In this document: piece by piece, positions 26,444 to 36,298 of the stretch
Layout: each line of letters starts with the position of its first letter
Position numbering within the stretch: position 1 is the first letter of the stretch
Source: Actinomycetota bacterium
Lineage (GTDB): Bacteria > Actinomycetota > UBA4738
Assembly (NCBI GenBank): GCA_036505215.1
Contig: DASXTW010000046.1
Coordinates: forward strand, 8,471 to 72,470
Reading direction: 5' to 3'
DNA length: 64,000 nucleotides
Translations under genes and position numbers: made by a program
Notes under the pieces: model-generated
Seen by the model: only the letters and a program-made list of their open reading frames with translations
The model's database searches: none
What the model was told of the DNA's origin: nothing

Positions 26444-27745
26444 ATGATGCCCCGGTCGGAGTGGGGGGGGAAACCTCGGAGAGTGGTCTTGGCCCAGGAC
26501 CAGTTCGATCAGCAGAGCGGCCGGGCACGTCTCGGCTTGCCGGAGAATGCGCAAGGCGTGCTGCCGAGCCAGTCGCTGGAAATGGCTGTCGAGCAAGGCA
26601 TTATCGATGCGGGTGAGTTCAAGATTCCGACTTCGAGTATTCAGCCCGCCAGCATCGACCTCCGCCTGGACGAATTGGCTTATCGGATCAGGTCCAGTTT
26701 CCTTCCCGACAAGCGGCCCGTCGAGGTAAAGCTCAAGGAGTTCGTCATTGACGAATTGGATCTCAGACGCGACGGCGCGGTCCTCGAAACCAATCGCCCC
26801 TACCTCGTCCCCCTGATCGAAGAGCTGAATCTACCCGCGGACGTTCGTGGGAAGGCCAACCCCAAAAGCTCTACGGGCAGGCTCGACGTCTTTACCCGAG
26901 TTATCACCGACGAGAGCTTTCGCTTCGACGAGATCCGGGCCGGCTACAGAGGACGCCTCTATCTGGAGATCGTGCCGCTCTCTTTCACGGTGAAGGTGAG
27001 GCAGGGGCTTGCGCTGAATCAGCTCCGACTGTCCGTCGGCCGGTCCGTCCTGACTGATGAGGAGATCCGAGCGGTCCACGAAGAGGAGCCCATCCTGTAT
27101 CGGGGCGGACGGCCCGCCGCGAGCGGCGATTTCGCAACCGCAGGCGGTCTGTTCCTCAGCCTGGACCTACGAGGCGACGCGACCGGTCGGGTCGGATACC
27201 GCGCGAAAGACTACGCACCCGTTCTGGACATGGCCCGTTTCGCCGAATACGACTGGGAAGATTACTGGGATCCTGTTCACCGCGAAGACGGAGACCGGAT
27301 CGTGCTCGCGCCTGAGCGCTTCTATCTCTTGCTTTCAGAGGAGGCGGTGCGGATTCCTCCTGGCTACGCTGGGGAAATGGCGGCATACGATCCGACCAGC
27401 GGTGAGTTGCGAACGCACTACGCGGGGTTTTTCGATCCCGGGTTTGGGTTCGACCCTGCCGGCGGGTTCCACGGATCGCGCGCCGCGTTGGAAGTGCGCG
27501 CCCACGATGTTCCGTTCATGATCGAGCATCGACAGCGAGTGTGTACGTTGACTTTCGAACGGATGGCTGAGCTTCCTCGCGTCCTGTACGGCGAGTCGAT
27601 CGGGTCCTCTTATCAGCAACAGACCGACACATTGGGGAAGCAATTCAGGCAGCCGACCCTTGAAACGGAAACGCCTCGGCAGCGCTCGCCGAAGCCAGAT
27701 CACCCGGTGCTGTTCGATGACCCAAGTACCAGCGACACCGAATAA
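26444..27745 (+). CDS. 2'-deoxycytidine 5'-triphosphate deaminase (long DCD family)-like protein
   Basis: PASIDLRLDE motif and overall resemblance to the long DCD/dUTPase-fold family (Pfam DCD-like). 433 aa. Confidence 0.55.
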   Translation: MMPRSEWGGKPRRVVLAQDQFDQQSGRARLGLPENAQGVLPSQSLEMAVEQGIIDAGEFKIPTSSIQPASIDLRLDELAYRIRSSFLPDKRPVEVKLKEFVIDELDLRRDGAVLETNRPYLVPLIEELNLPADVRGKANPKSSTGRLDVFTRVITDESFRFDEIRAGYRGRLYLEIVPLSFTVKVRQGLALNQLRLSVGRSVLTDEEIRAVHEEEPILYRGGRPAASGDFATAGGLFLSLDLRGDATGRVGYRAKDYAPVLDMARFAEYDWEDYWDPVHREDGDRIVLAPERFYLLLSEEAVRIPPGYAGEMAAYDPTSGELRTHYAGFFDPGFGFDPAGGFHGSRAALEVRAHDVPFMIEHRQRVCTLTFERMAELPRVLYGESIGSSYQQQTDTLGKQFRQPTLETETPRQRSPKPDHPVLFDDPSTSDTE

Positions 27746-27785
27746 AACGGGTGATCGGCCGGTGCAGCTCGTCGAAATCCGCTTG

Positions 27786-27870
27786 TGCGGGTGAGAGGAT
27801 TTGAACCTCCATGGGCTTACGCCCACACGGACCTGAACCGTGCGCGTCTGCCAGATTCCGCCACACCCGC
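27786..27870 (-). tRNA. tRNA-Leu (anticodon CAG)
   Basis: Reverse complement is GCGGGTGTGGCGGAATCTGGCAGACGCGCACGGTTCAGGTCCGTGTGGGCGTAAGCCCATGGAGGTTCAAATCCTCTCACCCGCA. 7-bp acceptor stem, anticodon loop TTCAGGT, long variable arm, GTTCAAATCC T-loop. No encoded CCA. Confidence 0.9.
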
Positions 27871-27929
27871 GGTGGTAGTGATGGTAGCAGCCGCTCCTAC
27901 ATCGCAAGAAGGGGAGTAAGGCGAGCGGC

Positions 27930-27945
27930 CCTGGATATAATCCGG
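27930..27945 (+). promoter_or_regulatory. Candidate -10 element (TATAAT) for the fhaA operon
   Basis: ctggaTATAATcc at 27936-41, about 37 nt upstream of the fhaA GTG start. No clear -35, as is common in actinobacteria. Confidence 0.4.
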
Positions 27946-27977
27946 CAAAAGTACCCCATCTACCTGCGCAAACGATC

Positions 27978-28706
27978 GTGGGCATCCTCTCCGAATTCGA
28001 GCGTCGCCTGGAAGGCGCGATCGAGGGCCTGTTCACCAAGGCCTTCCGCACCGGCCTGCAACCGGTGGAGCTGGCCACCCGCATCCTCAGGGAGATGGAA
28101 GCGAACAAGACGATTGGCGTTCGGGACGTCTGGGTGCCGAACGGCTACGTCTTCTACCTGTCCCAGCCCGATCGGGATCGTTTCAGCGGCACGGAGAAGC
28201 ACCTTCGTCGCGAACTCGAACAGGTGGTCAGAGCAGGCGCGGCCGAGCGTGGCTGGGGTCTGGTCGGACCACCGGAGGTCCAGTTCCACACCGACGCCCA
28301 GCTCAAACAGGGGGAGTTCAGGTGCGAGCCCCTACTGATCGAGGGCCCCACCACCGGGGGGGCCGCTCCCGTCCAGGCACCGACTGGCGGTGACCATGAG
28401 CCCGACCGCAAGGATCGTGGCGCCCAGCTCGTGGTGATCGAGAAGGGGAAGGCCGGCAAGGCGTTCCCGCTCGCCAAGGATCGGGTAATCATCGGGAGAC
28501 TCGGCGAATCCGACCTCGTGTTGTCCGATCCCGGCGTGAGCAGGCGCCACGCCGAGGTTCGGCACGAGGACGGCAACTACGTGATCGCCGACCTCGGCTC
28601 CACGAACGGGACGATGGTGAACGAAGCGACGATCGGGGAACGGGTACTCGAGGAGGGGGACCGAATCACGGTCGGTCGAACCGTCCTGGAGTTCCGGAGG
28701 CGCTAG
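27978..28706 (+). CDS. fhaA: FHA-domain protein FhaA (DUF3662 + FHA)
   Basis: N-terminus MGILSEFERRLEGAIEG (DUF3662), C-terminal FHA domain (GRLGESDLVLSDPGVSRRHAEV...STNGT). Conserved position next to tRNA-Leu. Confidence 0.85.
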   Translation: MGILSEFERRLEGAIEGLFTKAFRTGLQPVELATRILREMEANKTIGVRDVWVPNGYVFYLSQPDRDRFSGTEKHLRRELEQVVRAGAAERGWGLVGPPEVQFHTDAQLKQGEFRCEPLLIEGPTTGGAAPVQAPTGGDHEPDRKDRGAQLVVIEKGKAGKAFPLAKDRVIIGRLGESDLVLSDPGVSRRHAEVRHEDGNYVIADLGSTNGTMVNEATIGERVLEEGDRITVGRTVLEFRRR

Positions 28707-28709
28707 CTC

Positions 28710-29162
28710 GTGCCTCCGTTCGTCCTCACGGTCCTCAAGGTGGTCTTCCTCGCCCTCCTGTATTTCTTCATCTATCGGGCCATCCGCTCGGTCGTGGTGG
28801 ACCTCCGGCCGGCCGCGCGGACACAGGCTGGTCGGGAGAAGGCAGCGGCGAAGCCGAAGGGAGGGAGAAAGGCCCCTCGGAGCCTGGTGGTTCTCGACGA
28901 GCAAGGCTCCAAGAAGGAGACGGTCCGCCTGGACGGCACTCTCCAGGTGGGGCGGGCGGATGCCTGCCAGGTTCGACTCTCGGACACCTACGTCTCCTCC
29001 TTCCACGCGCGCATCTACAGCCAGAACGGTTCGTGGTATGTGGAGGATCTGGGCTCGACCAACGGCACCTACCTGAACCAGCACCGGATCACTGCGCCGG
29101 CCGAGCTGCGGGCAGGTGATCGGGTGCGCATCGGAAAGACCACACTGGAGTTTCGACGATGA
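28710..29162 (+). CDS. fhaB: FHA-domain membrane protein FhaB/FipA
   Basis: N-terminal TM helix plus C-terminal FHA domain (GRADACQVRLSD...SFHARI...GSTNGTYLN). Confidence 0.8.
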   Translation: MPPFVLTVLKVVFLALLYFFIYRAIRSVVVDLRPAARTQAGREKAAAKPKGGRKAPRSLVVLDEQGSKKETVRLDGTLQVGRADACQVRLSDTYVSSFHARIYSQNGSWYVEDLGSTNGTYLNQHRITAPAELRAGDRVRIGKTTLEFRR

Positions 29163-29205
29163 CGGGGGGCGGCGGACGATTCGCGGGCCGGGGACTGTGG
29201 GACCC

Positions 29206-30429
29206 ATGAGAGTCAAGGCGGGGGTAAGGAGCGACATCGGGCGCATGCGCCAGCGCAACGAGGACGCCTACCTCGTGAAGGACAGCCTGTTCGTGGTGGC
29301 GGACGGGATGGGCGGACACCGCGGTGGGGACGTCGCTTCCACGCTCGCCGTGGAGTCCATCGAGTCGGGTGCCTCGGCGAAGGTCACGCTGGAAGAACTG
29401 GTCGCCGAGATCCAGAAGGCCAACCGGGCAGTGCTGGAACGGGGTGAGGCCGACCGAGACCTCCGCGGGATGGGCACAACGATCACCGCCGTGATCGCCG
29501 AGGACGCCAAGGCCCACGTGGCCCACGTCGGGGACTCGCGAGCGTACCTGCTGCGAGACGGAGCCCTCCAGCAGCTCACCGAGGACCACACGCTCGTCCA
29601 GCGCATGGTTCGCGAGGGACGGCTCACCGAGGACGAAGCTGCCCATCACCCCCAGCGAAGCGTCCTGACCCGGGCCCTCGGCGTGGACGAGGACATCCCC
29701 GTCGACGAGCTGAGCCTGGACGTGCACCCGGGCGACCGTCTGCTCCTGTGCTCCGACGGGCTGACGAGCATGGTCGATCGTGGCCGCATCCAGAAGATCC
29801 TCGAGCGCGAACGGGATCCCCAGGCCGCCTGCGACAAGTTGATCGATGCCGCCAACCGGGCAGGGGGCGACGACAACATCACGGTGATCGTCCTCGACTT
29901 CGAACAGGACGGCGGCGACTCGACGACCCAGGTCGCCCCGGCCTCGGGGACGAGCTCGTCGGACGAAGACCCGCGGACGGCATCGACGGAAGGCAGGTCA
30001 TCCGGAACAACCGTTGCAGCCGGTGCTTCGGAGGACGGGCAGCCGGCGACTCGCGCTGTACCCGTCGTCAAGGAAGAGGCCGAGCGGCCGCGGCGGCCGC
30101 GGATCCGGTGGCGTCGGGTAGCCGTGTGGGTCGGGGCCCTGGTCGTATTGATCGTGGCAGCGCTCATCGGGGCCCGCGCCTACATCGGGCATCAGTGGTA
30201 CGTGGGTGACTCGAATGGCAGGGTGGCCATCTACAACGGGATCCCGACGGAGGTGCTGGGCTTCGAGCTCTCCCACGTCAAACAGGTCACGAACCTCGAC
30301 GCGCGCCAGGCCGAGCGCCTGCAGCCATGGTCCGATCTGAAGGACGGGATCACGGCGAAGAACCTCTCGGTCGCACGAACCATCGTGGAGCAGATCCGAC
30401 GTGACCTTCAGCCGGAAGGAACCGGATGA
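29206..30429 (+). CDS. pstP: PP2C-family Ser/Thr phosphatase
   Basis: PP2C motifs (NEDAY, VADGMGGH, DGLTSMV) plus a C-terminal TM and extracellular segment, as in PstP. Confidence 0.9.
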   Translation: MRVKAGVRSDIGRMRQRNEDAYLVKDSLFVVADGMGGHRGGDVASTLAVESIESGASAKVTLEELVAEIQKANRAVLERGEADRDLRGMGTTITAVIAEDAKAHVAHVGDSRAYLLRDGALQQLTEDHTLVQRMVREGRLTEDEAAHHPQRSVLTRALGVDEDIPVDELSLDVHPGDRLLLCSDGLTSMVDRGRIQKILERERDPQAACDKLIDAANRAGGDDNITVIVLDFEQDGGDSTTQVAPASGTSSSDEDPRTASTEGRSSGTTVAAGASEDGQPATRAVPVVKEEAERPRRPRIRWRRVAVWVGALVVLIVAALIGARAYIGHQWYVGDSNGRVAIYNGIPTEVLGFELSHVKQVTNLDARQAERLQPWSDLKDGITAKNLSVARTIVEQIRRDLQPEGTG

Positions 30430-31823
30430 TGCAGAAGCAGATCCTGGAGGATCGGACGCACGGCACGCAGCTCGCCCTCACCATCCTGGCGGTAGTGCTC
30501 TCGGTGGGCGCCTACGTCCTGGTCACCCTGGGCAAGACGGGCAAGACTCCCCCAGGCATCGGCGGGTTCGTCGCCGTGGTGGGGCTGAGCTACCTCCTGG
30601 CCCACTTTCTGACCACGCGGCTGGCGCCGGGAGCCGATCCGGTGATGCTTCCCGTGGCCGCCGTTCTGGCCGGTATCGGCTACGCCATGATCTCCCGGCT
30701 GAACCCGGGACTGGCCGAAGAGCAGTTCGGCTGGCTGATGTTGGGGCTCACGCTCTTCGCGGCGACGTTGCTGATCGTGCGAGATCACCGGGTCCTCGAC
30801 GCCTACACGTACACCATCGGCCTCCTCGGGATCCTTTTTCTGTTGATGCCCATCGCCCCCGGCCTCGGCAGGGAGATCAACGGGGCCCGCCTGTGGATCC
30901 GGCTGGGACCGCTTGCCTTCCAGCCGTCCGAGATCGGCAAGGTCCTCATCGTCATCTTCCTTGCCTCGTATCTGAACGCAAAGAAGGAACTGCTGGCGGT
31001 GGCCACCCGCCGCGTGGGGCCGATCCGGCTTCCCGAGCCTCGCTACCTCGGTCCCCTCCTCGTTGCGTGGGGCGTCTCGCTGGCCGTGCTGTTCTTGGAG
31101 AAGGATCTGGGATCATCGCTGCTCTTCTTCGGCATCTTCGTGGTCATGCTGTGGGCGGCAACCGCCCGCGGCACCTACCTGGCGCTCGGCTTGGTCCTGT
31201 TCATCGCCGGAGCTCTGATCGGGTACGCGGCGTTCGGCCACGTCCAGAACCGCGTGACGATATGGCTCCACGCGTTGGCGCCCAGGTACGTCCAGGGGGA
31301 CGGCTATCAGATCGCCCAGGGAGAGTTCGCCATGGCGACGGGCGGGATCGCGGGGACCGGCCTGGGGCAAGGCCATCCGGGCCTCATCCCCTTTGCCGCG
31401 ACCGACTTCATCTTCCCGGCCGTCGGGGAGGAGCTCGGGCTGTTCGGCACCACCGCCCTCCTGCTGCTCTATGTCGTGCTGATCGGACGAGGGCTACGGG
31501 CGGCCGTCTCCCGCGAAGACGGCTTCAGCAAGCTGCTCGCCACCGGTTTGACCAGTGCCCTCGCCCTCCAGACGTTCATCATCGTGGGCGGCGTTACCAG
31601 ACTGATCCCGCTGACCGGTATCACGTTACCGTTCGTCTCCTACGGCGGGTCGAGCCTGGTGGCGAACTTCGTCCTGCTGGCGCTGCTCGTCCGGGTATCC
31701 GCGCGGCCCCCGGCCCACGCCCGGGGCAGCCCCAGCCGAGGCCGCCCCAGACCGGTCGGTAGTGTCCGCCCTGAGGGAACCTCCGAGCCGACCGTGGTCA
31801 CGTCCCAGGCAGAGGAGCCCTGA
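30426..31823 (+). CDS. rodA: SEDS-family peptidoglycan glycosyltransferase RodA/FtsW
   Basis: About 10 TM helices. SEDS motifs (QPSEIGK, GGSSLVA). Position in the cluster. Confidence 0.9.
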   Translation: MMQKQILEDRTHGTQLALTILAVVLSVGAYVLVTLGKTGKTPPGIGGFVAVVGLSYLLAHFLTTRLAPGADPVMLPVAAVLAGIGYAMISRLNPGLAEEQFGWLMLGLTLFAATLLIVRDHRVLDAYTYTIGLLGILFLLMPIAPGLGREINGARLWIRLGPLAFQPSEIGKVLIVIFLASYLNAKKELLAVATRRVGPIRLPEPRYLGPLLVAWGVSLAVLFLEKDLGSSLLFFGIFVVMLWAATARGTYLALGLVLFIAGALIGYAAFGHVQNRVTIWLHALAPRYVQGDGYQIAQGEFAMATGGIAGTGLGQGHPGLIPFAATDFIFPAVGEELGLFGTTALLLLYVVLIGRGLRAAVSREDGFSKLLATGLTSALALQTFIIVGGVTRLIPLTGITLPFVSYGGSSLVANFVLLALLVRVSARPPAHARGSPSRGRPRPVGSVRPEGTSEPTVVTSQAEEP

Positions 31824-33289
31824 TGGACAGGCAGATCCGGCGCCTGGGCTACGCGTTCATCGCCTTGTTCGTGCTGCTGTTCGCGGCCGTCAATTACATC
31901 CAGGTGTACGCGGCGAACGATCTTGCCAACAACCCGGCGAACCAGCGCCTGTTGCTCCAGGAATACGACGTCCACCGCGGGCAGATCCTGGCCCGGGACG
32001 AGCGGACCATCCTGGCCACGAGCAAGGCCACCAAAGGCAAGCTGAAATACCTTCGGGTGTATCCTCGCGCCCGCCTCTACGCCGGGATCACCGGCTTCTA
32101 CTCCGTGGTGTTCGGACGCTACGGCCTGGAGCAGACGCAGAACGACTGGCTCGCCGGCCGGGCCTCCGAGCTGCTTGCCCAGAACCTGGTCGACGAGATC
32201 CTCGGCCGGGACAAACGCGGAGCCACCGTGGTCACGACGATCGACCCGAAGCTCCAGCGCGTTGCCGCCAGGCAATTGGGCTCGCTGCCCGGTGGGGTGG
32301 TGGCGATGGATCCCACGACCGGAGAAATCCTGGCTCTTGTAGCCAACCCCTCCTACGACCCGAACGATCTGTCCTCCCACGAGCTGAAGGAGGTCAGGTC
32401 GGCTCGGGCGAAGCTGCTCGAGGATCCGGACAAACCGCTGCTCTCCCGCGCGGCCCAGGAGCTGTTCCCTCCGGGTTCGACGTTCAAGCTGGTCACGGCG
32501 GCGGCGGCGCTGGAGAACGGAATGAAGCCCGACACGAAGTTCCCCAACCCGCCGGTCCTCAAGCTTCCCCAGACCACCCACGAGCTCCACAACTTCGGCG
32601 GCGAGCACTGCCTTGGAGGAGCGGCCCAGCTCACCCTGGCGCAGGCCCTGGAGGTCTCGTGCAACGTGGTGTTCGGCCAGATCGGGCTCAAGCTGGGAGC
32701 CGACAAGCTGGTGGGCCAGGCGCGGAAGTTCGGCTTCGACCAGGATGTACCGCTCGAGATCCCCTACGCCAGCGGAAGGATCCCCCCGGTCAAGGACTTC
32801 CAGAACGCGCTGCCGGCCGTGGCCTTCTCCGCCATCGGGCAGCAGAGCGTGGGGGCGAACCCGCTGCAGATGGCGCTGGTGGGGGCGGCCATCGCCAACA
32901 GGGGCGTGGAGATGACGCCGCGGCTGGTCAAGGAGATCCGTGACCCGTCCGGACGAGTGATCAAGTCCTTCCGTCCAAAGCCATGGGGTCAGCCCATCTC
33001 CCAAGGCACCGCCAAAGACCTCACCCGCATGATGATCAAGGTTGTCGAGGCGGGAACGGGCACCGCAGCGCAGATCCCGGGAGTGACTGTGGCCGGCAAG
33101 ACGGGGACCGCCGAGACGACGTCGGGGAATCCCCACGCGTGGTTCGTGTCCTTCGCCCCCGCCCAGGATCCGGAGATCGTCGTCGCCGTGGTGGTGCTGA
33201 ACGGCGGGAGCCTCGGCAGCGAGGCCACCGGAGGACACGTGGCCGCCCCCATCGCCCGGGCCGTGATCAGGGCGGCCCTGGGAGGCTGA
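31823..33289 (+). CDS. pbpA: Class B penicillin-binding protein (PBP2-type transpeptidase)
   Basis: TM anchor, dimerisation domain, and transpeptidase motifs STFK, SCN and KTGTA. Confidence 0.9.
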   Translation: MDRQIRRLGYAFIALFVLLFAAVNYIQVYAANDLANNPANQRLLLQEYDVHRGQILARDERTILATSKATKGKLKYLRVYPRARLYAGITGFYSVVFGRYGLEQTQNDWLAGRASELLAQNLVDEILGRDKRGATVVTTIDPKLQRVAARQLGSLPGGVVAMDPTTGEILALVANPSYDPNDLSSHELKEVRSARAKLLEDPDKPLLSRAAQELFPPGSTFKLVTAAAALENGMKPDTKFPNPPVLKLPQTTHELHNFGGEHCLGGAAQLTLAQALEVSCNVVFGQIGLKLGADKLVGQARKFGFDQDVPLEIPYASGRIPPVKDFQNALPAVAFSAIGQQSVGANPLQMALVGAAIANRGVEMTPRLVKEIRDPSGRVIKSFRPKPWGQPISQGTAKDLTRMMIKVVEAGTGTAAQIPGVTVAGKTGTAETTSGNPHAWFVSFAPAQDPEIVVAVVVLNGGSLGSEATGGHVAAPIARAVIRAALGG

Positions 33290-33293
33290 GCGG

Positions 33294-34670
33294 ATGAGCC
33301 GAGTCGATGCCGACGTTCTCCTGGGTGGCCGATACCGGCTGACCCGTCGGATGGCATCGGGCGGCATGGGACAGGTGTGGGAGGCGGAGGACACCGTCCT
33401 GCACCGGATGGTGGCGATCAAGGTCCTCTCGGAGGGGCTTTCCTCGGACCCGAAGTCCGCCGAGCGGTTCCGCCGCGAAGCCAGGGCCGCGGCCGGCCTC
33501 TCCCATCCAAACGTGGCGGGTGTGTTCGACTACGGCGAGGACGACAGCACCCAGTTCATCGTGATGGAGCTGGTCGAGGGCGAGACCTTGGCCGAGCATA
33601 TCCGCCGAGAAGGCAGGCTCGATCCTCCCGAGGCCGCAAGGATCGCGCGCGAGATCGCCGCTGCCGTCGAGGCGGCCCACCAGGCCGGCATCGTTCACCG
33701 CGACATCAAGCCCGGGAACGTGATGCTCACCGACAAGGGTGAGGTGAAGGTACTCGACTTCGGCATCGCCGCCGCTTCGGGGCCCAACCTCACGGCCACC
33801 GGGTTCACCATCGGGACCGCTGTGTACCTGTCGCCGGAGCAAGCAGCCGGGAAACGGGCTACTCCAGCTTCCGACGTGTACTCGCTTGGCGTTGTCCTGT
33901 ACGAGATGCTCGCCGGGCGGCCACCCTTCACGGGGGACACGCCGATCGCCGTCGCAGCCGCCCATGTCTCGCAAGAAGCGCCGGCACTCGCCGAGGAGGT
34001 GCCCGGCGTCCCCGCCCACTTGGCTCTGGCCTGCCAGAAAACCCTGGCGAAGGATCCTGCGGGTCGGCCGGCGTCGGCGGGGGAGTTCGGCCGCATGCTG
34101 GAGGTACCAGACGAGGCAACCGAGCAGAGCTCTCCCCACGTCCCACATGGCGACCCGACCTCTTCGGAACGAACCACGGCCGAGGTTCCACCTGCCGAGT
34201 CGACCGCTGTGCTCCCGCCAGCGGACTCCACGGCGGTACTTCCGGGTGCAGAGGCAGCACTCCAGGAAGTTCCGCGGAGGCCGGCGCGGGGTCGGCGGCC
34301 TGGTGGTCCCTGGAGAAATCGCGTTCTCTGGATCCTTGGAGCGATCCTGGTTGGAATGCTGCTTCTGGCCCTGGTCCTGTCTAGCTTCGTCGGCGGCGGC
34401 GTCTCCGCAGCGAGAGTGAAGGTCCCCAGCGTGGTCGGACTCAAGTTGGCCGACGCCGAAGAGAGGCTGCACGAGGACGGTCTGCAGGTTGGCGACGTCA
34501 AGCGGGTCGAGGGGCTGACCGACACCGTTGTGCGGACCGATCCGCCCGAGGGATCATCTGTCGCCCCGGGCACCACCGTAACCTTGTACATCGGAGCCCA
34601 GCCAGACACCACAAGGAGTGATCAGGGCGGCAAGGGGAAGGGCAAAGGGAAGGGGCACGGCGACGACTGA
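33294..34670 (+). CDS. Ser/Thr protein kinase with TM and single PASTA domain (pknA position)
   Basis: Hanks kinase motifs, TM helix, one PASTA-like repeat, and a GKGKGKGKGHGDD tail. Confidence 0.85.
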   Translation: MSRVDADVLLGGRYRLTRRMASGGMGQVWEAEDTVLHRMVAIKVLSEGLSSDPKSAERFRREARAAAGLSHPNVAGVFDYGEDDSTQFIVMELVEGETLAEHIRREGRLDPPEAARIAREIAAAVEAAHQAGIVHRDIKPGNVMLTDKGEVKVLDFGIAAASGPNLTATGFTIGTAVYLSPEQAAGKRATPASDVYSLGVVLYEMLAGRPPFTGDTPIAVAAAHVSQEAPALAEEVPGVPAHLALACQKTLAKDPAGRPASAGEFGRMLEVPDEATEQSSPHVPHGDPTSSERTTAEVPPAESTAVLPPADSTAVLPGAEAALQEVPRRPARGRRPGGPWRNRVLWILGAILVGMLLLALVLSSFVGGGVSAARVKVPSVVGLKLADAEERLHEDGLQVGDVKRVEGLTDTVVRTDPPEGSSVAPGTTVTLYIGAQPDTTRSDQGGKGKGKGKGHGDD

Positions 34671-36205
34671 TGGCTGATCAGAAGGTTCTCGGCGGGCGAT
34701 ACGAGATCGACTCGATGCTCGGCCGGGGAGGAATGGCCGAGGTGTACCGCGGGACCGATCGCGTCCTCGGCCGGCAGATCGCGGTGAAGATCCTGGGGAC
34801 GCAGTTCTCCAAGGACAACTCATTCGTCGCTCGGTTCCGCCGCGAGGCCCAGTCCGCCGCCGCCCTCAATCATCCCAACGTGGTGAGCGTCTTCGACACC
34901 GGATCCGACGACGGGACGCACTTCATCGTCATGGAATACGTCCGGGGCAAGACCCTCTCCCAGGTCATCCGGGAGGACGGGCCCCTCATGCCGGAGCGCG
35001 CAGCGGAGATCGCGCTCGCGGTGGCAGAGGCGTTGGCCTTCGCTCACCGCAACGGCATCATCCACCGGGATGTGAAACCCGGGAACATCATGCTGACCCC
35101 CTCGGGTGACGTGAAGGTCATGGACTTCGGCATCGCTCGGGCCACGGCCTCGGACTCGCTGACCCAGACGGCCACGGTGCTCGGGACGGCCACGTACTTC
35201 TCGCCTGAACAAGCTCAGGGAGAGCCCGTCGACGCTCGATCCGACGTCTACTCGCTCGGCTGCGTGCTCTACGAGATGCTCGCCGGCCATCCACCATTCT
35301 CCGGAGAGACCGCGGTCGCCGTGGCATACAAGCACGTCAAGGAGGAGCCGGTCCCTCCGAGCCGTATCAACCGCGACGTTCCCGTGGACCTGGACGCCGT
35401 CGTTCTGAAGTGCATGGCGAAGAACCCCTCCAACCGTTACCAGTCCGCCGAGGACCTGGTGCGGGACCTGGAACGATTTCGGAGGGGTGTCCCGGTGATG
35501 GCCACACCGCTCCTCGCGCCGGAGTCCACCCAGGTGATCGAGCGGGCCACCCGCCCGACGGCTGTCCTGCCACCCCCTACCCTCGAAGAAGAGGAGAAGC
35601 GGCAGCGATGGATCGCCGGGATCATCCTCGGAGCGATCCTCCTCATCATCGCGGTGGCTCTGTTCTTCTTCGCCAGGAGCCTGCTCCAGACCGGCCAGCT
35701 CGTCGACGTCCCCAACGTCATCGATCGACCCGAGGCCGTTGCCCGCAACATCCTCCGCAACAACGGGTTCGAGGTGGGCAGGGTCGATCGCGTCGACTCG
35801 GACAAGCCGGAGGGGATCGTCGTGGACTACTTCCCCAAACGGGCCGAACATGGCAGCACGATCAACCTGCGAGTCTCCAACGGCGTCAACCTGGTGAACG
35901 TGCCGAACGTGATCTGCGAATCGAGGGGTGCGGCCATCTCCGACCTGGAAGACGCGGGGTTCAAGGTACGGGTGATCGGCAGCTTGAACAACCCCCAGTG
36001 CAACAGCCCAGGTGACGTGACTCAGCAGGACCCGCCAGGCAACAGCCGGGCCCAGAAGGGATCGGTCGTTCGGATCTGGGTCATGCCCAAGCCGTCACCC
36101 TCGCCCAGCCCCTCGCCGAGCCCGTCGCCGTCGCCCAGCCCCTCGCCGAGCCCGTCGCCCTCGCCCTCGCCCAGCGAGTCGCCCTCGGGAGAGCCGTCGC
36201 CCTAG
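34670..36205 (+). CDS. pknB: Ser/Thr protein kinase PknB-type (kinase-TM-PASTA repeats) with (PS)n C-terminal tail
   Basis: Kinase motifs, TM, two PASTA repeats, and a C-terminal PSPSPSPS... low-complexity tail. Confidence 0.8.
   Translation: MADQKVLGGRYEIDSMLGRGGMAEVYRGTDRVLGRQIAVKILGTQFSKDNSFVARFRREAQSAAALNHPNVVSVFDTGSDDGTHFIVMEYVRGKTLSQVIREDGPLMPERAAEIALAVAEALAFAHRNGIIHRDVKPGNIMLTPSGDVKVMDFGIARATASDSLTQTATVLGTATYFSPEQAQGEPVDARSDVYSLGCVLYEMLAGHPPFSGETAVAVAYKHVKEEPVPPSRINRDVPVDLDAVVLKCMAKNPSNRYQSAEDLVRDLERFRRGVPVMATPLLAPESTQVIERATRPTAVLPPPTLEEEEKRQRWIAGIILGAILLIIAVALFFFARSLLQTGQLVDVPNVIDRPEAVARNILRNNGFEVGRVDRVDSDKPEGIVVDYFPKRAEHGSTINLRVSNGVNLVNVPNVICESRGAAISDLEDAGFKVRVIGSLNNPQCNSPGDVTQQDPPGNSRAQKGSVVRIWVMPKPSPSPSPSPSPSPSPSPSPSPSPSPSPSESPSGEPSP
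36091..36185 (+). repeat. Perfect 30-bp tandem duplication within hexanucleotide repeats encoding the (Pro-Ser)n tail of the PknB-type kinase
   Basis: tcgcccagcccctcgccgagcccgtcgccg at 36101-36130 repeats at 36131-36160 with 29/30 identity. Embedded in ccctcg/cccagc units. Confidence 0.8.
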
Positions 36206-36298
36206 CCCTGGTTGGCATGCCGAGAGTGTCACAAGCGTGCTGTAGCATCCCCTCACGCTGCGGCTGACGCTGCTGGCCCCTTTCCCCAACGGGAGCTG

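Noticed and set aside
27746-27977. Possible genomic island or prophage integration at tRNA-Leu
   Set aside because: No integrase, no direct repeat of the tRNA 3' end, and no compositional shift. The fhaA-next-to-tRNA-Leu arrangement is the conserved ancestral synteny in Actinobacteria.
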